The notes: generated from the sequence alone by a model not told the origin. A stretch of 64,000 bases of DNA from Octopus bimaculoides (GCF_001194135.2 NC_068985.1:38543697-38607696); one strand, 5' to 3'. Positions 1 through 13,035 are shown, counted from the first letter of the stretch. Numbers and translations are program-made.

Positions 1-2725
1 TCTAGATGAATAATACACAAAGAAAAGACAGTCGTTTCTGATGCTATCAGAACAAAGAAAAATGTGTACTAAAGCTAAATGCGAACGGAAAAACAAAAAC
101 CCTTCGTCTGACGGTCTATTGTTTCCGCCTTAAATAGCTCTTTTCTCACTAGTTAGCCAATGCTTGTAAATCATGTGGTTGTAGTTAGTTGCATCGATCT
201 TCCTGTTCAACAGACATCCATTTAATTAGTTGTCGTAAAGCATCTAGCCACACACTCTATAACTTGCGCCGTTTTCACCGCCATATTAGCAACAATAATC
301 ATTGATATTTAATTCTCCCTATGCTATAACATTTCCTTGTAATCTCTTCGTTTAATCTGTATCTTAATAACCTTTTCGTGACACACCTGAGCAGCTAACA
401 AACATAGATAACTAACAATGTGAATTCCTAATAAGGATCTCGCTCGATTTTATATTCGGTTTCTCAAATTACAATCAATGACCTTTTTATTGAATGTAAC
501 AATAAACAGAAATGAGGAAAACATCGGAAGTGGTGGATGAAGTGGTGGTTGGTGAAACAGTATTGGAAACAACACAAACAAATAAAACCATAGGAAACAA
601 TAGCTGGGAATAAACTGTCGTTTATTTATTCAAAAAGACGTTCACATTAATCGTCTCTACTTTAATAACAGAACACCTGCTCTCCAACGAATAGCTGTAA
701 GATATCTATTAATATCATTAACTGCAGCAATCTAGTATCAACATGCGCGCGCGCGCAACAAACATATGCGCTCACACAGACACTCATATACACTGATATA
801 TAGATATTCATGTATAGATACACACTAAAATTATGATTATTTACACATATATGGATATACGTTTCAGTGTGATATTCTGAAATTTATATTCATAAACGCT
901 AGATGTCACATTTTTTGTTCGATGCTCTCTGTCTCTGTCTCTCTTTCTCTTTCTATGTTTTTCTCCCAACGCACACATGTGTATATGTCTGTGCATGAGA
1001 GAGAAGGAAAGAGAAAGGAAGAGCCCTGAGAGAGAGGGGTGGATAGAGAGAAAGAGAAAATAGGAGAGCATGTATGTGTGTATAATCTTTATAGGTGTGA
1101 GGCAAAGGCGGAGTAGTGCCCATGTCATTTATACGCCCGTTCAAACTACTTATACCGATATGGTTGACGTTTAACTTTAATGCCTGTAAATGGACGACAG
1201 GTGAATGTGTGTAAAAATATCCACCACCCACAGTCTGCTTAAGCAGATTAATATCAATATCTAAAATGAATTTAAATCACATACTTACTTAAGTGATTAT
1301 ATCTCTGTTTATTCTCAATTGTTACGTATTTCATAAAACATTTTGCTAAATTTACTCTAAGAATATAATGTTTCTATTTAACTTAGTATTTTGGGAGCAA
1401 GCCAGCAAATAGGAGCCTATCTTGATTTGAGTGTTACTGAGATGAGACATGATTATAAGAACAATAAGAACTTATATTTATTCGTAATACTGATGGATTG
1501 ACTTAACACGAGTGATGATTTGTGTGTGACTAAGATCAGCACTATAAACCAATATAATGAAACATAGTCATAAGTACAATCAGAAGTTCTAGTAAACTGA
1601 TGCATTGTCTTAGCACGAGTTATGTTATTTTTGTAGTTTAAGTTCAATGAACACTGACAGGTCACATGTACAGTCAAACACATTCCAGCTGTCTTATTGT
1701 TTTAACTTACCTCTTTTTATTTTTTGGGGGGGGGTCCTCGGTATCCAGCTGGTCTTCGTGATTTTGAGATTTTCTGGGATGCACGGTGCCAAATATTGTT
1801 GGTCTAGTTTCTTTTCTTTTTCCTTTTCTTTATTCTCTTGTCCACATAATAATTGTATTTTCATGCTGACGGTTTGTTAGATGCAAAATAAGGCGTGCTG
1901 GGTGAAACCAACGCAGCATCATATTTTGCAGAGACCTGGGTTTCCTTCGAAGAAAGAAGTCGCCGTTTGAGATACCGACTCCCCAATTGACATGAACGAT
2001 CTTCCATAGGTACTGATGGTGAATGTTGCCATGTTTCTTAGCCATATCGTTTGTCATTTTCTATATTTCCTTCATAGTATATACAGCTATTCAATGAATT
2101 ATAATGTTAATATATACAACTATTTGATGGACTATTGCATAATAAACTCGAACTTTCATTATAGTAGTGATGCTTATGTTATCCACATTGGGCTCATGCT
2201 ATTGTACCGCATTGTAATGTTTTTATCCCGCCTTATTGCATTCTCTTCGTAAGAAAAATTATGAACAGCCTCCACAATATATTTTTTGAAAGATTTCAAT
2301 GAAATCTTTAACGGCCATCATGACAGATACTTGCTATACTGATGGTTTCATTATTATCAATAAAATCTATCAAGGCTACGTTCTTTCACCCAATGTCATC
2401 TCGCTAGCAGCTGCATTCTTATGAAGGTAACAAATGGATGTGCTAGAGGACTGTAGCGGAGGATAATAGAAGGACATGGCGATCTGTCTTTTGCATATGA
2501 TATTGTTCTGCTCAAAGAAGCATGAACTGAACAGCAGGAACTATCTATTAACAAAAGTAGAATAGTTCGTCAAAAACTACAGCGATGTACGTATACTCAT
2601 AGTAATAAAAAACCTCGCTGTTGGGTTTAATCTACACATGTTGTTGTTCTTTATCCTCTGGTTAGACTTGAAGGATTAAAACTTTAATCGAAGTCTAATC
2701 ATTTCAACATATTATTCATATATAT

Positions 2726-2945
2726 AAGGCGATGAACTGGCAGAACCGTTAGCATGCCGGGCAAAATGCTTAGTGGCATTTCGTCCGTCTTACGTCTTGA
2801 GTACAAAATCCTCCGAGGTCGACTTAGCGTTCCATCTTTTGGAAGTCGATATAATAAGTACCAGTTGAATAGTAAGGTCGATGTAATCGACTTATCTCCC
2901 CCCCTCCGAAATTGCTGGCCTTGTACCAACATTTGAAAGCAATAT
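2726..2945 (+). mobile_element. SINE family A (tRNA-like head AAGGCGGCGAGCTGGCAGAA...), tail type 2
   Basis: Matches the other in-window copies along its length: head, GTCGAC core, AAGTACCAGT, GTCGATGTAATCGAC, CCCCTCC...GGCCTTGT tail. Confidence 0.9.
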
Positions 2946-3906
2946 TACTCATACATGTGTTGCTGTTGAATCGAAATCAGCCCACTCGGTCTGTCTAATG
3001 TTATAATTAAAAGCTTTCAAGCCGCGATCATTTCATCATTTTCCGCAGTATAGCTATGCACAATCGTATTATGCAGTACAAGCTTCTTCCCTAAAACAAT
3101 ATACATACCCATATTTTATGATGTATGTATACAATGTAACGTTTTACAGATACAAAATTTGAAGCTGTATTTTAAAGGTGAATAGCTGAATCGGCAGGCA
3201 TGATAGTCATTATCTATTTATACCAAAAACTACATTCTATGTACCTAGCAACCGCCCATCTAAGAAATAATGTTACGATAGACTGACACATTATACGGGA
3301 TTATATTTATCTCGGACAAAATACCTGAGATTATAATATAATCACCGGCTTTGGAGATAGTTGGGACTAAATACTCTTTTAAGACGTTTATAATCTTGAT
3401 ATATTTTGTTTAGTATCAATGTTATTTATTGGAGGAGGAATCAGTCGTCTGAATTTTCCCCAATATATTACTGGAATTTATTTCGTCAAGCAGAGTCAAA
3501 TGAAGACTGAGTCTTATACAATTTGAACACAATTCTTCAGTTCTTTGTAACTACGCGTCGTGTTTTAAATTCTAAGTATAAAAATATCTCTATGATTTTA
3601 CATGTAGTTAATGTTATTGTAACTGTAGTGAATGGCGCCAATGAGTAGTAGACGAAAGACTGGAAAATTCCGCTTACATTTTTTGTCTGATCCGTTTAAC
3701 TTAGACCCATTGTATCTAGTTGAGTCAAATGTAGCCCACCTCCAGTTTTAATTAGATCAATATTTGTTTCTTGCCTACTGTTACCAGTATTTACTCTGTG
3801 GCAAAAATTCAAACACCCTCCCCCGCACAAATCTCTTTTTTTTTTCTGTATAATATTGATCGAAAGATGTTCAGGCTGGTTACTGAAGCCATTGACAGCA
3901 TCAATT

Positions 3907-3960
3907 TCAGTAGACAAGGAAGCCGGCAAAGGTCATAGTCACATTTTCACCCGTGATAAA
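3907..3960 (-). CDS. Candidate short terminal exon FITGENVTMTFAGFLVY*
   Basis: AG acceptor (gatttttaaagctttaag), 17 open codons, TGA stop. The ending resembles the TF(S/A)GFL(L/V)Y end of C1q domains. Pattern resemblance only. Confidence 0.2.
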   Translation of the reverse strand, partial: FITGENVTMTFAGFLVY

Positions 3961-4844
3961 CTTAAAGCTTTAAAAATCATTAATCATGAATATTGATTCA
4001 ATTTAAGTGAATTTAAACTTTCTATTCCTACATACGCCTTTCCATAGAGAAAAGAAACCTAAAGTTTTGACATCCGTATTCCGATTTTTCAATAATTCTG
4101 ATATTGGCTGGTTAAATGTAAAATTTTCCATCAAGTATGATAAACATTTANNNNNNNNNNNNNNNNNNNNNNNNNNNNNNNNNNNNNNNNNNNNNNNNNN
4201 NNNNNNNNNNNNNNNNNNNNNNNNNNNNNNNNNNNNNNNNNNNNNNNNNNNNNNNNNNNNNNNNNNNNNNNNNNNNNNNNNNNNNNNNNNNNNNNNNNNN
4301 NNNNNNNNNNNNNNNNNNNNNNNNNNNNNNNNNNNNNNNNNNNNNNNNNNNNNNNNNNNNNNNNNNNNNNNNNNNNNNNNNNNNNNNNNNNNNNNNNNNN
4401 NNNNNNNNNNNNNNNNNNNNNNNNNNNNNNNNNNNNNNNNNNNNNNNNNNNNNNNNNNNNNNNNNNNNNNNNNNNNNNNNNNNNNNNNNNNNNNNNNNNN
4501 NNNNNNNNNNNNNNNNNNNNNNNNNNNNNNNNNNNNNNNNNNNNNNNNNNNNTTTGAAACCAATAATTTATACTTAAAACCATATGTACCATACGATACA
4601 ATTTCTATCGGAATGAACTTGGTTTAGTAGAGCAATTAGCTATTTACTGAAGATGAAAAAAGATAAAGAAAAAAAACATTTCGTCTTCATGTGTCAGTGC
4701 TGATTAATTAATGAGATCTTAGTATCTCCGCCTGAATTTCGATAGCATGAAGTTCAGCTGGGAGGATTACTTTCGGAAATCATGCTGCAAATCCACCGCT
4801 ATGGATAATGTCTTCAGAGCTGGCAATGAGTCGAACTTGGTATC

Positions 4845-5066
4845 TATTTCTTTATTGCCCACAGGGGGCTAAACATAGAGGGGGACAAAAAAGGATAGAC
4901 AAAGGGACTAAGTCGATTACATCGACTCCAGTGCGTAACTGGTACTTATTTAATCGACCCCGACAGGATGAAAGGCAAAGTCGACCTCGGCGGAATTTGA
5001 ACCCAGAACGCAATACCGCTAAGCATTTTGCCCGGCGTGCTAACAATTCTGCCAGCTCGTCGTTCT
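4845..5066 (-). mobile_element. SINE family A, tail type 1
   Basis: Reverse complement of the family A consensus with the ...CCCCTCTATGTTTAGCCCC..GTGGGCAATAAAGAAAT tail; small internal deletion in the head. Confidence 0.92.
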
Positions 5067-5185
5067 AGTCAAACTTGGTATTGCTAACTGACCAAAATAA
5101 TTAGCGAAAGCTAAAACAACTTGTAAGCGAATAACTTTAACCGAAAGATAGAAATAAATAAAAGAAAGTAAAAAAGCAAATAAAA

Positions 5186-5388
5186 TTTTCTACTCTAGGC
5201 ACAAGGCCCAAAATTTTGGGACAGGAGGGCACTCGATTAGATCGACCCAGAATGCTCCTAGTACTTAATCTATCGAACCCGAAATACAAAGTCGACCTTG
5301 GCGGAAATTGAACTCAGAACGTAAAGACAGATGAAATACTGCTCAGCATTTCGCCCGACGAACTAACGTTTCTGTCATCTCGCACCTT
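5186..5388 (-). mobile_element. SINE family A, tail type 2 (tandem array unit 1)
   Basis: TTTTCTACTCTAGGCACAAGGCCC tail, GAACTCAGAACGTAAAGACAG, head ending CTCGCACCTT. Confidence 0.88.
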
Positions 5389-5397
5389 CAAATGTTC

Positions 5398-5540
5398 TTT
5401 TCTACTCTAAGCACAAGGTCCGAAATTTTGGGGGAGGGGCCAGTCGACCTCGGCGGAATTTGAACTCAGAACTTAAAGACAGACAAAATACTGCTAAGCA
5501 TTTCGCCCGGCGTGCTAACGTTTCTGCCAGCTCGCACCTT
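5398..5540 (-). mobile_element. SINE family A, internally deleted (unit 2)
   Basis: Same tail and head as unit 1; the middle is deleted between GTCGA repeats. Confidence 0.88.
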
Positions 5541-5549
5541 GAAAAATAC

Positions 5550-5708
5550 TTTTCTACTCTAAGCACAAAGCCCGAAATTTAGAGGAAGGGGGTCAGTCGA
5601 TTAGATCAACCCCAGTAGGCAACTGGTACTTAATTTATCGACCCCGAAAGGATGAAAGGCAAAGTTGACTCCGGCGGAATTTGAACTCAGAACGCCAGCT
5701 CGCCGTCG
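5550..5708 (-). mobile_element. SINE family A, head partly deleted (unit 3)
   Basis: Tail and core are intact; CAGAACG is joined directly to CCAGCTCGCC. Confidence 0.85.
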
Positions 5709-5729
5709 TAAAAAAAATACAAATAAAGG

Positions 5730-5845
5730 CTTTGCCTTTCATCCTTTCGGGGTAGATAAATGAATTATCAGTGAAACACTGGGGTCGATGTAACCTACTA
5801 GTCCCCTCCTCCCAAATTTGGGGCTTTGTCCCTATAGTAGAAAAA
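5730..5845 (+). mobile_element. SINE family A 3' half, inverted relative to unit 3
   Basis: CTTTGCCTTTCATCCTTTCGGGG through TAGTAGAAAA. Confidence 0.85.
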
Positions 5846-5863
5846 ATTATTGTATTAGTAATC

Positions 5864-6075
5864 AAGGCGTTGAACTGACAGAATCGTTAGCACGTTGGAG
5901 AAAATGCGTTGTGGTATTTCACCTGAAAGTTCCGATTTCAAATTCTGTTGAAGTCAACATTGCCTTCCATTCCTTTCGGGGTTGAGGAAATAAGTACCAG
6001 TTGCGAACTGGGGTCGATGTATTTGACTAACCGCTTTCCCCCAAATGTCAGGCCTTGTGCCTATGTTTGAAAGAA
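5864..6075 (+). mobile_element. SINE family A, diverged full-length copy
   Basis: AAGGCGTTGAACTGACAGAATCGTTAGCAC head through GGCCTTGTGCCTA tail. Confidence 0.85.
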
Positions 6076-6561
6076 TTATAGTATTAGTAATTTTTGTAGT
6101 GTTGTTGGGTTCTCATCGTAACTGTCAATATTGAATCGGTGAAACAAGATTTACAAAGCTGTTGTAAGCAATGCTGTTTTTGTTTTGGGTGAAGGACCAT
6201 CATAAAGGTCCATAGGGGTTTGTCGTGATGACAATTATGATAATGAAATTTAAAGTAGAGGTGGGACAGCTATGTGTAAGATCACGAGACTTGTATAATC
6301 TCCTTGAAGGGCGAAGTAGAGGTGATAGGGAATCAGTTAATCAAAGATGGTATTCACGCACCTACATGTGAGGACATCATTATATTTTTGATTAGTAACA
6401 CTAGAAATTAAAAGAGAGAAAGGAAGAGTGGAACTGGGACGAAAAGAAGACACCAAGAATATGTACACATGCTAAATTCTCAGTAAACCATTAAACTAGA
6501 AATGAATTATGATAGAATATTAAAGTAAATGCTATTGGTTGAGTGATATGCATGGACTCAG

Positions 6562-6607
<46 letters not shown>

Positions 6608-7029
6608 CTATACACACACATTTATATTCATAAACACATATATACGTATCTATGTACATACACACAAGCAAACATAAGCCCATAGATTTTAAGAGGTATT
6701 AACGTTACAATTTTAGGTGGAATGTATTTTCCAGGTGAGTGCATAAATGGTGTTACGAATGTATGCGTTTGTCAATCAAGTACTAATGTCTTTATAATAG
6801 GCTGGGCCCTCCCACAACGTTCGTGACCTTACCCCTATATTAGTACCCATAGTTCTTGAGTTAAGGAAGCGAGTAAATCATTATAAAATTAATTAATGAG
6901 ATTATATCACTTGTCTATATATATTTTTTCCACCCCTTCAGAAATGTATACTTCATTTGGGTCGATTTCATAAGCATTTGTGAAATGATTTGTAAATATT
7001 ATTAGTTGCACAAAAGAAAACAAAATAAA

Positions 7030-7170
7030 GCATTGTATGTGTGCGTGTGTGTGTGTGTGTGTGTGCGTGTGCGTGTACGTGTGTGCGTGCGTGTGTGCGC
7101 ACGCGCGTACACCTTTGTGTATATATTGCTATGTAAGTGTGATCATGAATGTATGTATGTATGTATGTAT
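7030..7170. repeat. (TG)n/(TGCG)/(TATG)n microsatellite
   Basis: Read directly from the sequence. Confidence 0.95.
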
Positions 7171-7584
7171 CACTACGATTTAGGCCACATGTATTCATCT
7201 TTTCAAGCACGGATGTGTATATTAGTATATATATTTACTCATTCACAGTCCGATATATTCACAAACATATTTATTTAATCATGTGGAAAATTCATTCCGC
7301 CCCTTAATCGCCGTCTTTATAAAACCATCAGTTCAACTTCGGGACCTTTTTCAGTTTTGCTTCAATTTGCCGCTACTGTGAGTTGATCTGTACTGGATAT
7401 GTTTGTATGTGTACAAATATGTGCTAAAGGTGACTTGTGTTACCGGAAGATTTCATTTATATACTGTAAATTCATGTCATAGAGCTGACACATCTATCCC
7501 TCCCTCTCAATTCAAACTTCCACAATGATGGGCATATTTTATATTCAGTATTGATAATATCGTGTTGATTGCCATCTTGCTAGT

Positions 7585-7730
7585 CGTTGTTGTTGTTGTT
7601 GTTTTACCCCAAATCAGTTCTGCTCAAGATGTTTTAAAATAGAAAACTTTCATCCCGCCATTTGGTTTGGCCACCAGTTATATCAGAAACGAACCTGCCT
7701 ATTGTGTCATTCCTGAACAGTGCAACCTGA
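7585..7730 (-). mobile_element. Decayed copy of dispersed repeat family D (ends in (CAA)n)
   Basis: GTTGTTGTTTTACCCCAAATCAG.. end resembles the copies at about 37680, 39960 and 50610. Confidence 0.35.
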
Positions 7731-8966
7731 GAACATATTTTCTGTTATATCTTACTGGTTAATGAACTTCACAAACCTTCTCGTTGCATTGCACCAGTAT
7801 GATTTTCACAAACTTATTAAATATTGTATCCATTAACAGCTGGAATGACTGAGGTGTTTTTAAAATTGAAGAAGCTTATACATGATCCTAATAAAAATTT
7901 GCTAACAAGATTTTAAGCGCAAGATTTTAAACACATAATAGATACAAAAGCTCCATAACCTGAAACTAACAATTCTATATTACGTTCTCTTAAAATTTTC
8001 CTGAATTTTATCAGTTCACTATAATTCAGCATTCATTATAAATGGAGAAAAATCTGGAAATCAGATCAAATTGTTAACAACTTCTCTACAAGGAAATTTG
8101 TAAAAATTTGGCTAATTCATTTATAACAAGCATGTAAAAACTTTCAATTATGTGGATTTAAAAATCGTGTATAAGTGAGTTGACTAAGCATTCTTTAGAT
8201 TATAACCATTTTAAAATAGCATTTCTGTCTTTGTACGTTTATGTAGTTGTTTTCCGAGATTCCTGATGTGAAATCGGTGTTGAGACAGATTTTGTTACGT
8301 TTCAAAATTCTAGTCCAGGCAAAATGAACTAAACTGGACAGGAGGAGATATGTGGGATGGAGAGCCGCCGAAGAGGTCACAGGACGTGTGATGGAAGATT
8401 TCAGACATAGGGCACTGACATAAGAACAATAATGAAACTGAAAATGTCTATTTGGCAAAAAGAAAAAAAAAAGTCCCGAAATATAACAATAATTATGTTT
8501 TGCATATGTATTTGATTATTTAGTGTAATTATTGCTTATAATTTTTTTAAAATTAATATGTTCTAATACAATGTTAAAAATGTCTTCTTTCCTTCTTTTA
8601 TTTTTTACATAATTTTTTCGCTATACCCAGCCGTTTTTCTCATAATCTCGTATGAATGGACTCTGGTGGCAAATAAATGAGGTTATCATTATTGTTGTTG
8701 TTATTATTTTGGTGTTGTTTTCGTCTGCCTGTGGATAACATTTTTTAACTGAAACCACGCCTTTGGGTATTAGGATAAAGTAGGGTTCAGAAAGACTGCG
8801 TTGGAGATGGATTAATAGGCAAAGTTGTTATAAAAATCCCAGTTGGAAAGTTTACGGGTGAAGTACAGCCGTTCCACATTTGATAAATAAATAGCATGGA
8901 CTATATGAACTGAGATAACCGACACAGATAAAGACTTTGAAGTAAAGATCACTGAAAACTGGTAAA

Positions 8967-8967
<1 letters not shown>

Positions 8968-9028
<61 letters not shown>

Positions 9029-9270
9029 AAAATGATGATGGTGATGACATGATGATGATGACCACCACCGCCGCCAAAACCACTGTCACGTGACGGCACT
9101 GATGACGATGACAACGATCACAGCGATGATGGTAATGACCATGACGACGACGACGATGATAATATCGATGCTGCTGCTGCTGCTGCTGCTGCTGATGTTC
9201 ATGATGATGATGGTGATGATGATGATAGTGATGATAATGTTCTCAATATTGGTAACAATAATAGTGAATG
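8968..9270. repeat. Trinucleotide mosaic (TAA)n-(TGA)n-(CCA/CCG)-(CGA)-(GCT)n-(TGA)n
   Basis: Read directly from the sequence. Confidence 0.9.
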
Positions 9271-9364
9271 AAGACTATACGAGGCACAACCTCAGCCATA
9301 CTTACTGACAATTATAGTTTTCCTTTCTGATAATATATTGCTAAACCACTGCATATTTTAATGA

Positions 9365-9415
<51 letters not shown>

Positions 9416-10471
9416 NNNNNNNNNNNNNNNNNNNNNNNNNNNNNNNNNNNNNNNNNNNNNNNNNNNNNNNNNNNNNNNNNNNNNNNNNNNNNNNNNNNNN
9501 NNNNNNNNNNNNNNNNNNNNNNNNNNNNNNNNNNNNNNNNNNNNNNNNNNNNNNNNNNNNNNNNNNNNNNNNNNNNNNNNNNNNNNNNNNNNNNNNNNNN
9601 NNNNNNNNNNNNNNNNNNNNNNNNNNNNNNNNNNNNNNNNNNTATATCATTACACGTAATAATCTGTATATACATGTGCGTGCGCGCGCATAAGATGTGA
9701 ATAAAATGAAGAATATTACAGTTAATGCATTCTAAAGTACATTATTACAATCCAATCATTCCAAAATACAATAACATGTATTCAAAGCAGATTGTTTCAA
9801 TCAAAATATTCCAAAGAACTTTATTACATATCTCAAAATATCATATCAAATCCAAAATATATTGCTAGAATCAGATCATATCAAGATAATGTATATATTT
9901 GTGTGTGCTCGAGAGCGCGGGCGTATGTGTGTATATAGCGAGAGATTTTGTGTATACATGTAGATAGATGTGTGTGTATATATGTGAGTGAGTGTATGTG
10001 TTTGAGTATGTCTGTGTGCGTGTATCTGTCTGTATAACTATAGGAATGTGCGTGTGCGCCCGTACAACATTGAGCACAGATTATGAATATATATATATCA
10101 TATATATGATATTGCTAGAAAAATCGAATAACGCGCACTAATTTGGATTGAACAAAGAAATAGTTTCTCTTTTTCCTTCCCACTTTCTAACACAGCAGCA
10201 CTATTGGCTTACATGTATCAGGTTTGACTTTTAAATCTTAGTTATCTACAATTGATGAACACATTTAGCCATATTCTTTTCTCATTCATTTCTTCAACAC
10301 GTTATCTCACATATATTATTTTGCTAATGAAAGTAAAATTATCAAACTAGATATCTATGAAGAAAAACTCATAGAGCGTTATGATACACATTTCCATCCA
10401 TCCATCCATCCATCCATCCATACATACATACTTACATACATACATACATACATACAAACATACATATTTTA

Positions 10472-10873
10472 TCTTTTACCTATTGTTTGTTTCAGTCATT
10501 AGACTGCGGCCATGCTGGGGCACTGCCTTGAAGAAATATTAGTCGAATGGGTCGACCACAGGACTTATTTTTTTTAAGGCTGGTACTTATTCCATCGTTC
10601 TCTATTGTCGAACAGCTCAGTTACGGAAACGTAAACACAGCGACTCCGGTTGTCAAGCTGTGGTGAGGCAGACAGACATTGACAAAAAGACACACTTAGA
10701 TATATTTATACGATGCGCTTCCTTCAGTTTCCGTCTAACAAATCGACTCACAAGGCTTTGGTCACCCCGGGGTTATAATAGTAAAACACACCTGACCATG
10801 GTGCTATGCATGTGACTGAACCCGGAACCATGAAGGTGGGAAGCAAACTTTCTTAAAACATAGCCACCCCTGC
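10472..10873 (-). mobile_element. SINE family B (tRNA-derived head, CORE-like CCTTGGGCAAGTG region, LINE-type tail)
   Basis: Reverse complement runs GCAGGGGTGGCTATG..GTTCCGGGTTCAGTC..ACCAAAGCCTTGTGAG..GGCAGTGCCCCAGCATGGCCGCAGTCTAATGACTGAAAC. The head matches the 20043 and 49549 copies. Confidence 0.85.
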
Positions 10874-10936
10874 ACATATGAATATATGTGTGTATGTGTG
10901 TGCATGTATGTGTATATATGTATGTATGCATGTATA

Positions 10937-10976
<40 letters not shown>

Positions 10977-11237
10977 NNNNNNNNNNNNNNNNNNNNNNNN
11001 NNNNNNNNNNNNNNNNNNNNNNNNNNNNNNNNNNNNNNNNNNNNNNNNNNNNNNNNNNNNNNNNNNNNNNNNNNNNNNNNNNNNNNNNNNNNNNNNNNNN
11101 NNNNNNNNNNNNNNNNNNNNNNNNNNNNNNNNNNNNNNNNNNNNNNNNNNNNNNNNNNNNNNNNNNNNNNNNNNNNNNNNNNNNNNNNNNNNNNNNNNNN
11201 NNNNNNNNNNNNNNNNNNNNNNNNNNNNNNNNNNNNN

Positions 11238-11282
<45 letters not shown>

Positions 11283-11664
11283 TATGGATATCTTATAAAA
11301 CTATATCGCACATACAATAACGGCCATACCAACAATCCAACACACCTACATCAACAGCTGTCCCACAAATATCACTATGGTTTCGACACATAGGCGGTAC
11401 CATTCAGTCCGGCGGTGTCAACAGCACTACAATAATATATATATGTTTGTTTGTGTATGTATGTGTATATGTATATATATATATATTCATGTGATACTCG
11501 TCTTTTCTTTTATATATTTTTGTTATTACCGCTCTGTACTCGAGTAACGCTTCGTTCTGAAACATACCTATATTGAGTTTTATACCTGGTTATTAGTATC
11601 ACAATGCCTTGTTGACACATACGTACATGCAAGCATGTATACATTTTCATTTTTTCATTTCATT

Positions 11665-11862
11665 TCATCCAGTTTCAGCTCATGAGCTGTGGCCATGCTA
11701 GGGCACCGCAATTTGGTGTTGCTACACATAAATATTTTATTCATCGAGCACGAATGGATGAAAAGCAAACTCGTTCTCGGCAGAATTTGAACTCAAAAGA
11801 TAAAGATAATGCCGCTAATTGCTTTGCCCCGTGTACTAACGAATCTGCCAGCTCGCCGCCTT
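11665..11862 (-). mobile_element. SINE family A head with the LINE-type tail (GCGGTGCCCTAGCATGGCCACAGCTC..GCTGAAAC)
   Basis: Family A head (CTGCCAGCTCGCCGCCTT) is joined to the tail shared with family B and the 43405 LINE. Confidence 0.8.
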
Positions 11863-11877
11863 AAACGATTCAATAAT

Positions 11878-12061
11878 ATTTGTTTCAAATTTTGGCAATA
11901 GATCAACAATGTTGATGAGGAGGAAATAAGTCGATTATATCGACCCTAATGATCAACTGCTGCTTGTGTTATCGATCCCGCAATAATGATTGGTAAAATC
12001 AATCTCAGTGAAATTTGAACTCGGAACGTTAAGACGGACGAAATGCCGCAAAGCATTCTGG
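11878..12061 (-). mobile_element. SINE family A, decayed, tail type 2
   Basis: AAGTCGATTATATCGACCC, AATTTGAACTCGGAACGTTAAGACGGACGAAATGCCGC. Confidence 0.75.
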
Positions 12062-12702
12062 TCATCAGATAATTTTTTACGCATATTCATAGTGTTTATT
12101 ACTACCATATAATAAACACTATTATGCATCATCACGCATAATCGTGGCATCATTACTCGTCTATTTGTGTGAGGAATTCTATAGTCTGTAGTTATATTGT
12201 TCACTGCTGCTTCCCCGTCTACATTTGTTTTGTATTGTTTGGTGAAGTGCGCTACATTTACAAAACGGTATACTTCATTTGCTAATATAACTGTTAGAGT
12301 TACCAAGTTTACAACTTTCTGCTTGTAATCGAATTTATAAATCACAATGGTAATTATACACGTATTGTTTGTTGTTAAGAAAAACAATTTCAATTTTAGT
12401 GGGTTTTTTAAATTATACACTATTTGTGTTATTATATCGTTTAAAACGGTCCCTTTTGTATTGGTTAAAGAGGTCTTTGTTTACGTGCTTAGTTGTTCAG
12501 TTGTTAGTATGCCTTTGTTTCATTAATCTCAATTCTTTATGGTATTTGCATATTTGAATATTTCCTGTGGTATCTGATGTATTTACTGGGCTTATTACCT
12601 CTGCTGTTGCTTAGCTGTTCGATCTGTTTGCTTGTTAAAATATCATGTATTGTAAATTAGAATAAGCAAGAAGAGAAAGCTCAGTACAATGGGGAAGTAA
12701 AG

Positions 12703-12760
12703 TTTCTCCAGCACGGCCGCAGTCAGATGACTGAAACTTGTAAAATAATAAGACAAAAAG
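12703..12760 (+). mobile_element. Isolated LINE/SINE 3' tail
   Basis: CCAGCACGGCCGCAGTCAGATGACTGAAAC matches the family B tail. Confidence 0.7.
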
Positions 12761-12816
12761 AATAGAATAAGATTGGTAGTGTTGCCGCTTGGTGGTTCAT
12801 CAATAGGTTACCTTGT

Positions 12817-13035
12817 GGAGGCGCGTAGCTTAGTGGTTAGGGTGTTGGACTCGTGATCGTAAGATTGTGGTTTCGGCTCCTGGACTAGGCGATGCGTTGT
12901 GTTCTTGTGTAAAACACTTCGTTTTACGTTGCTCCGGTCCACTCAGCTGACAAAAAGGAGAATATATACGCCATAGAAACTGGGAAACCAGCTCTTATAA
13001 ATCAACATAAGTCATGAAGGTTACTTTACCTTTGT
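12817..13035 (+). mobile_element. SINE family C (tRNA-Arg-like head), tail c1, internally shortened
   Basis: GGCGCGTAGCTTAGTGGTTAGG (A box), GGTTTCGGCTCC (B box), TGTGTTCTTG..AAAACACTT core. Confidence 0.88.

Noticed and set aside
4723-4839. Plus-strand open segment YLRLNFDSMKFSWEDYFRKSCCK.. (MBT-like start) and a CTGAAGA..GAAA motif on the minus strand
   Set aside because: Weak splice sites, equally plausible peptides in other frames, and no hammerhead stem I or III.
4845-6075. CRISPR-like array
   Set aside because: The repeats are 150-230-bp SINE copies in a eukaryotic context; no spacers and no cas genes.
7617-7727. Minus-strand VALFRNDTIGRF..SILKHLEQN as a C1q middle exon
   Set aside because: It ends in a stop with no donor, and the DNA matches the decayed repeat family D tail.
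8195-8458. 87-aa minus ORF with a GPI-signal-like stretch
   Set aside because: The hydrophobic segment is not terminal, and there is no supporting homology.
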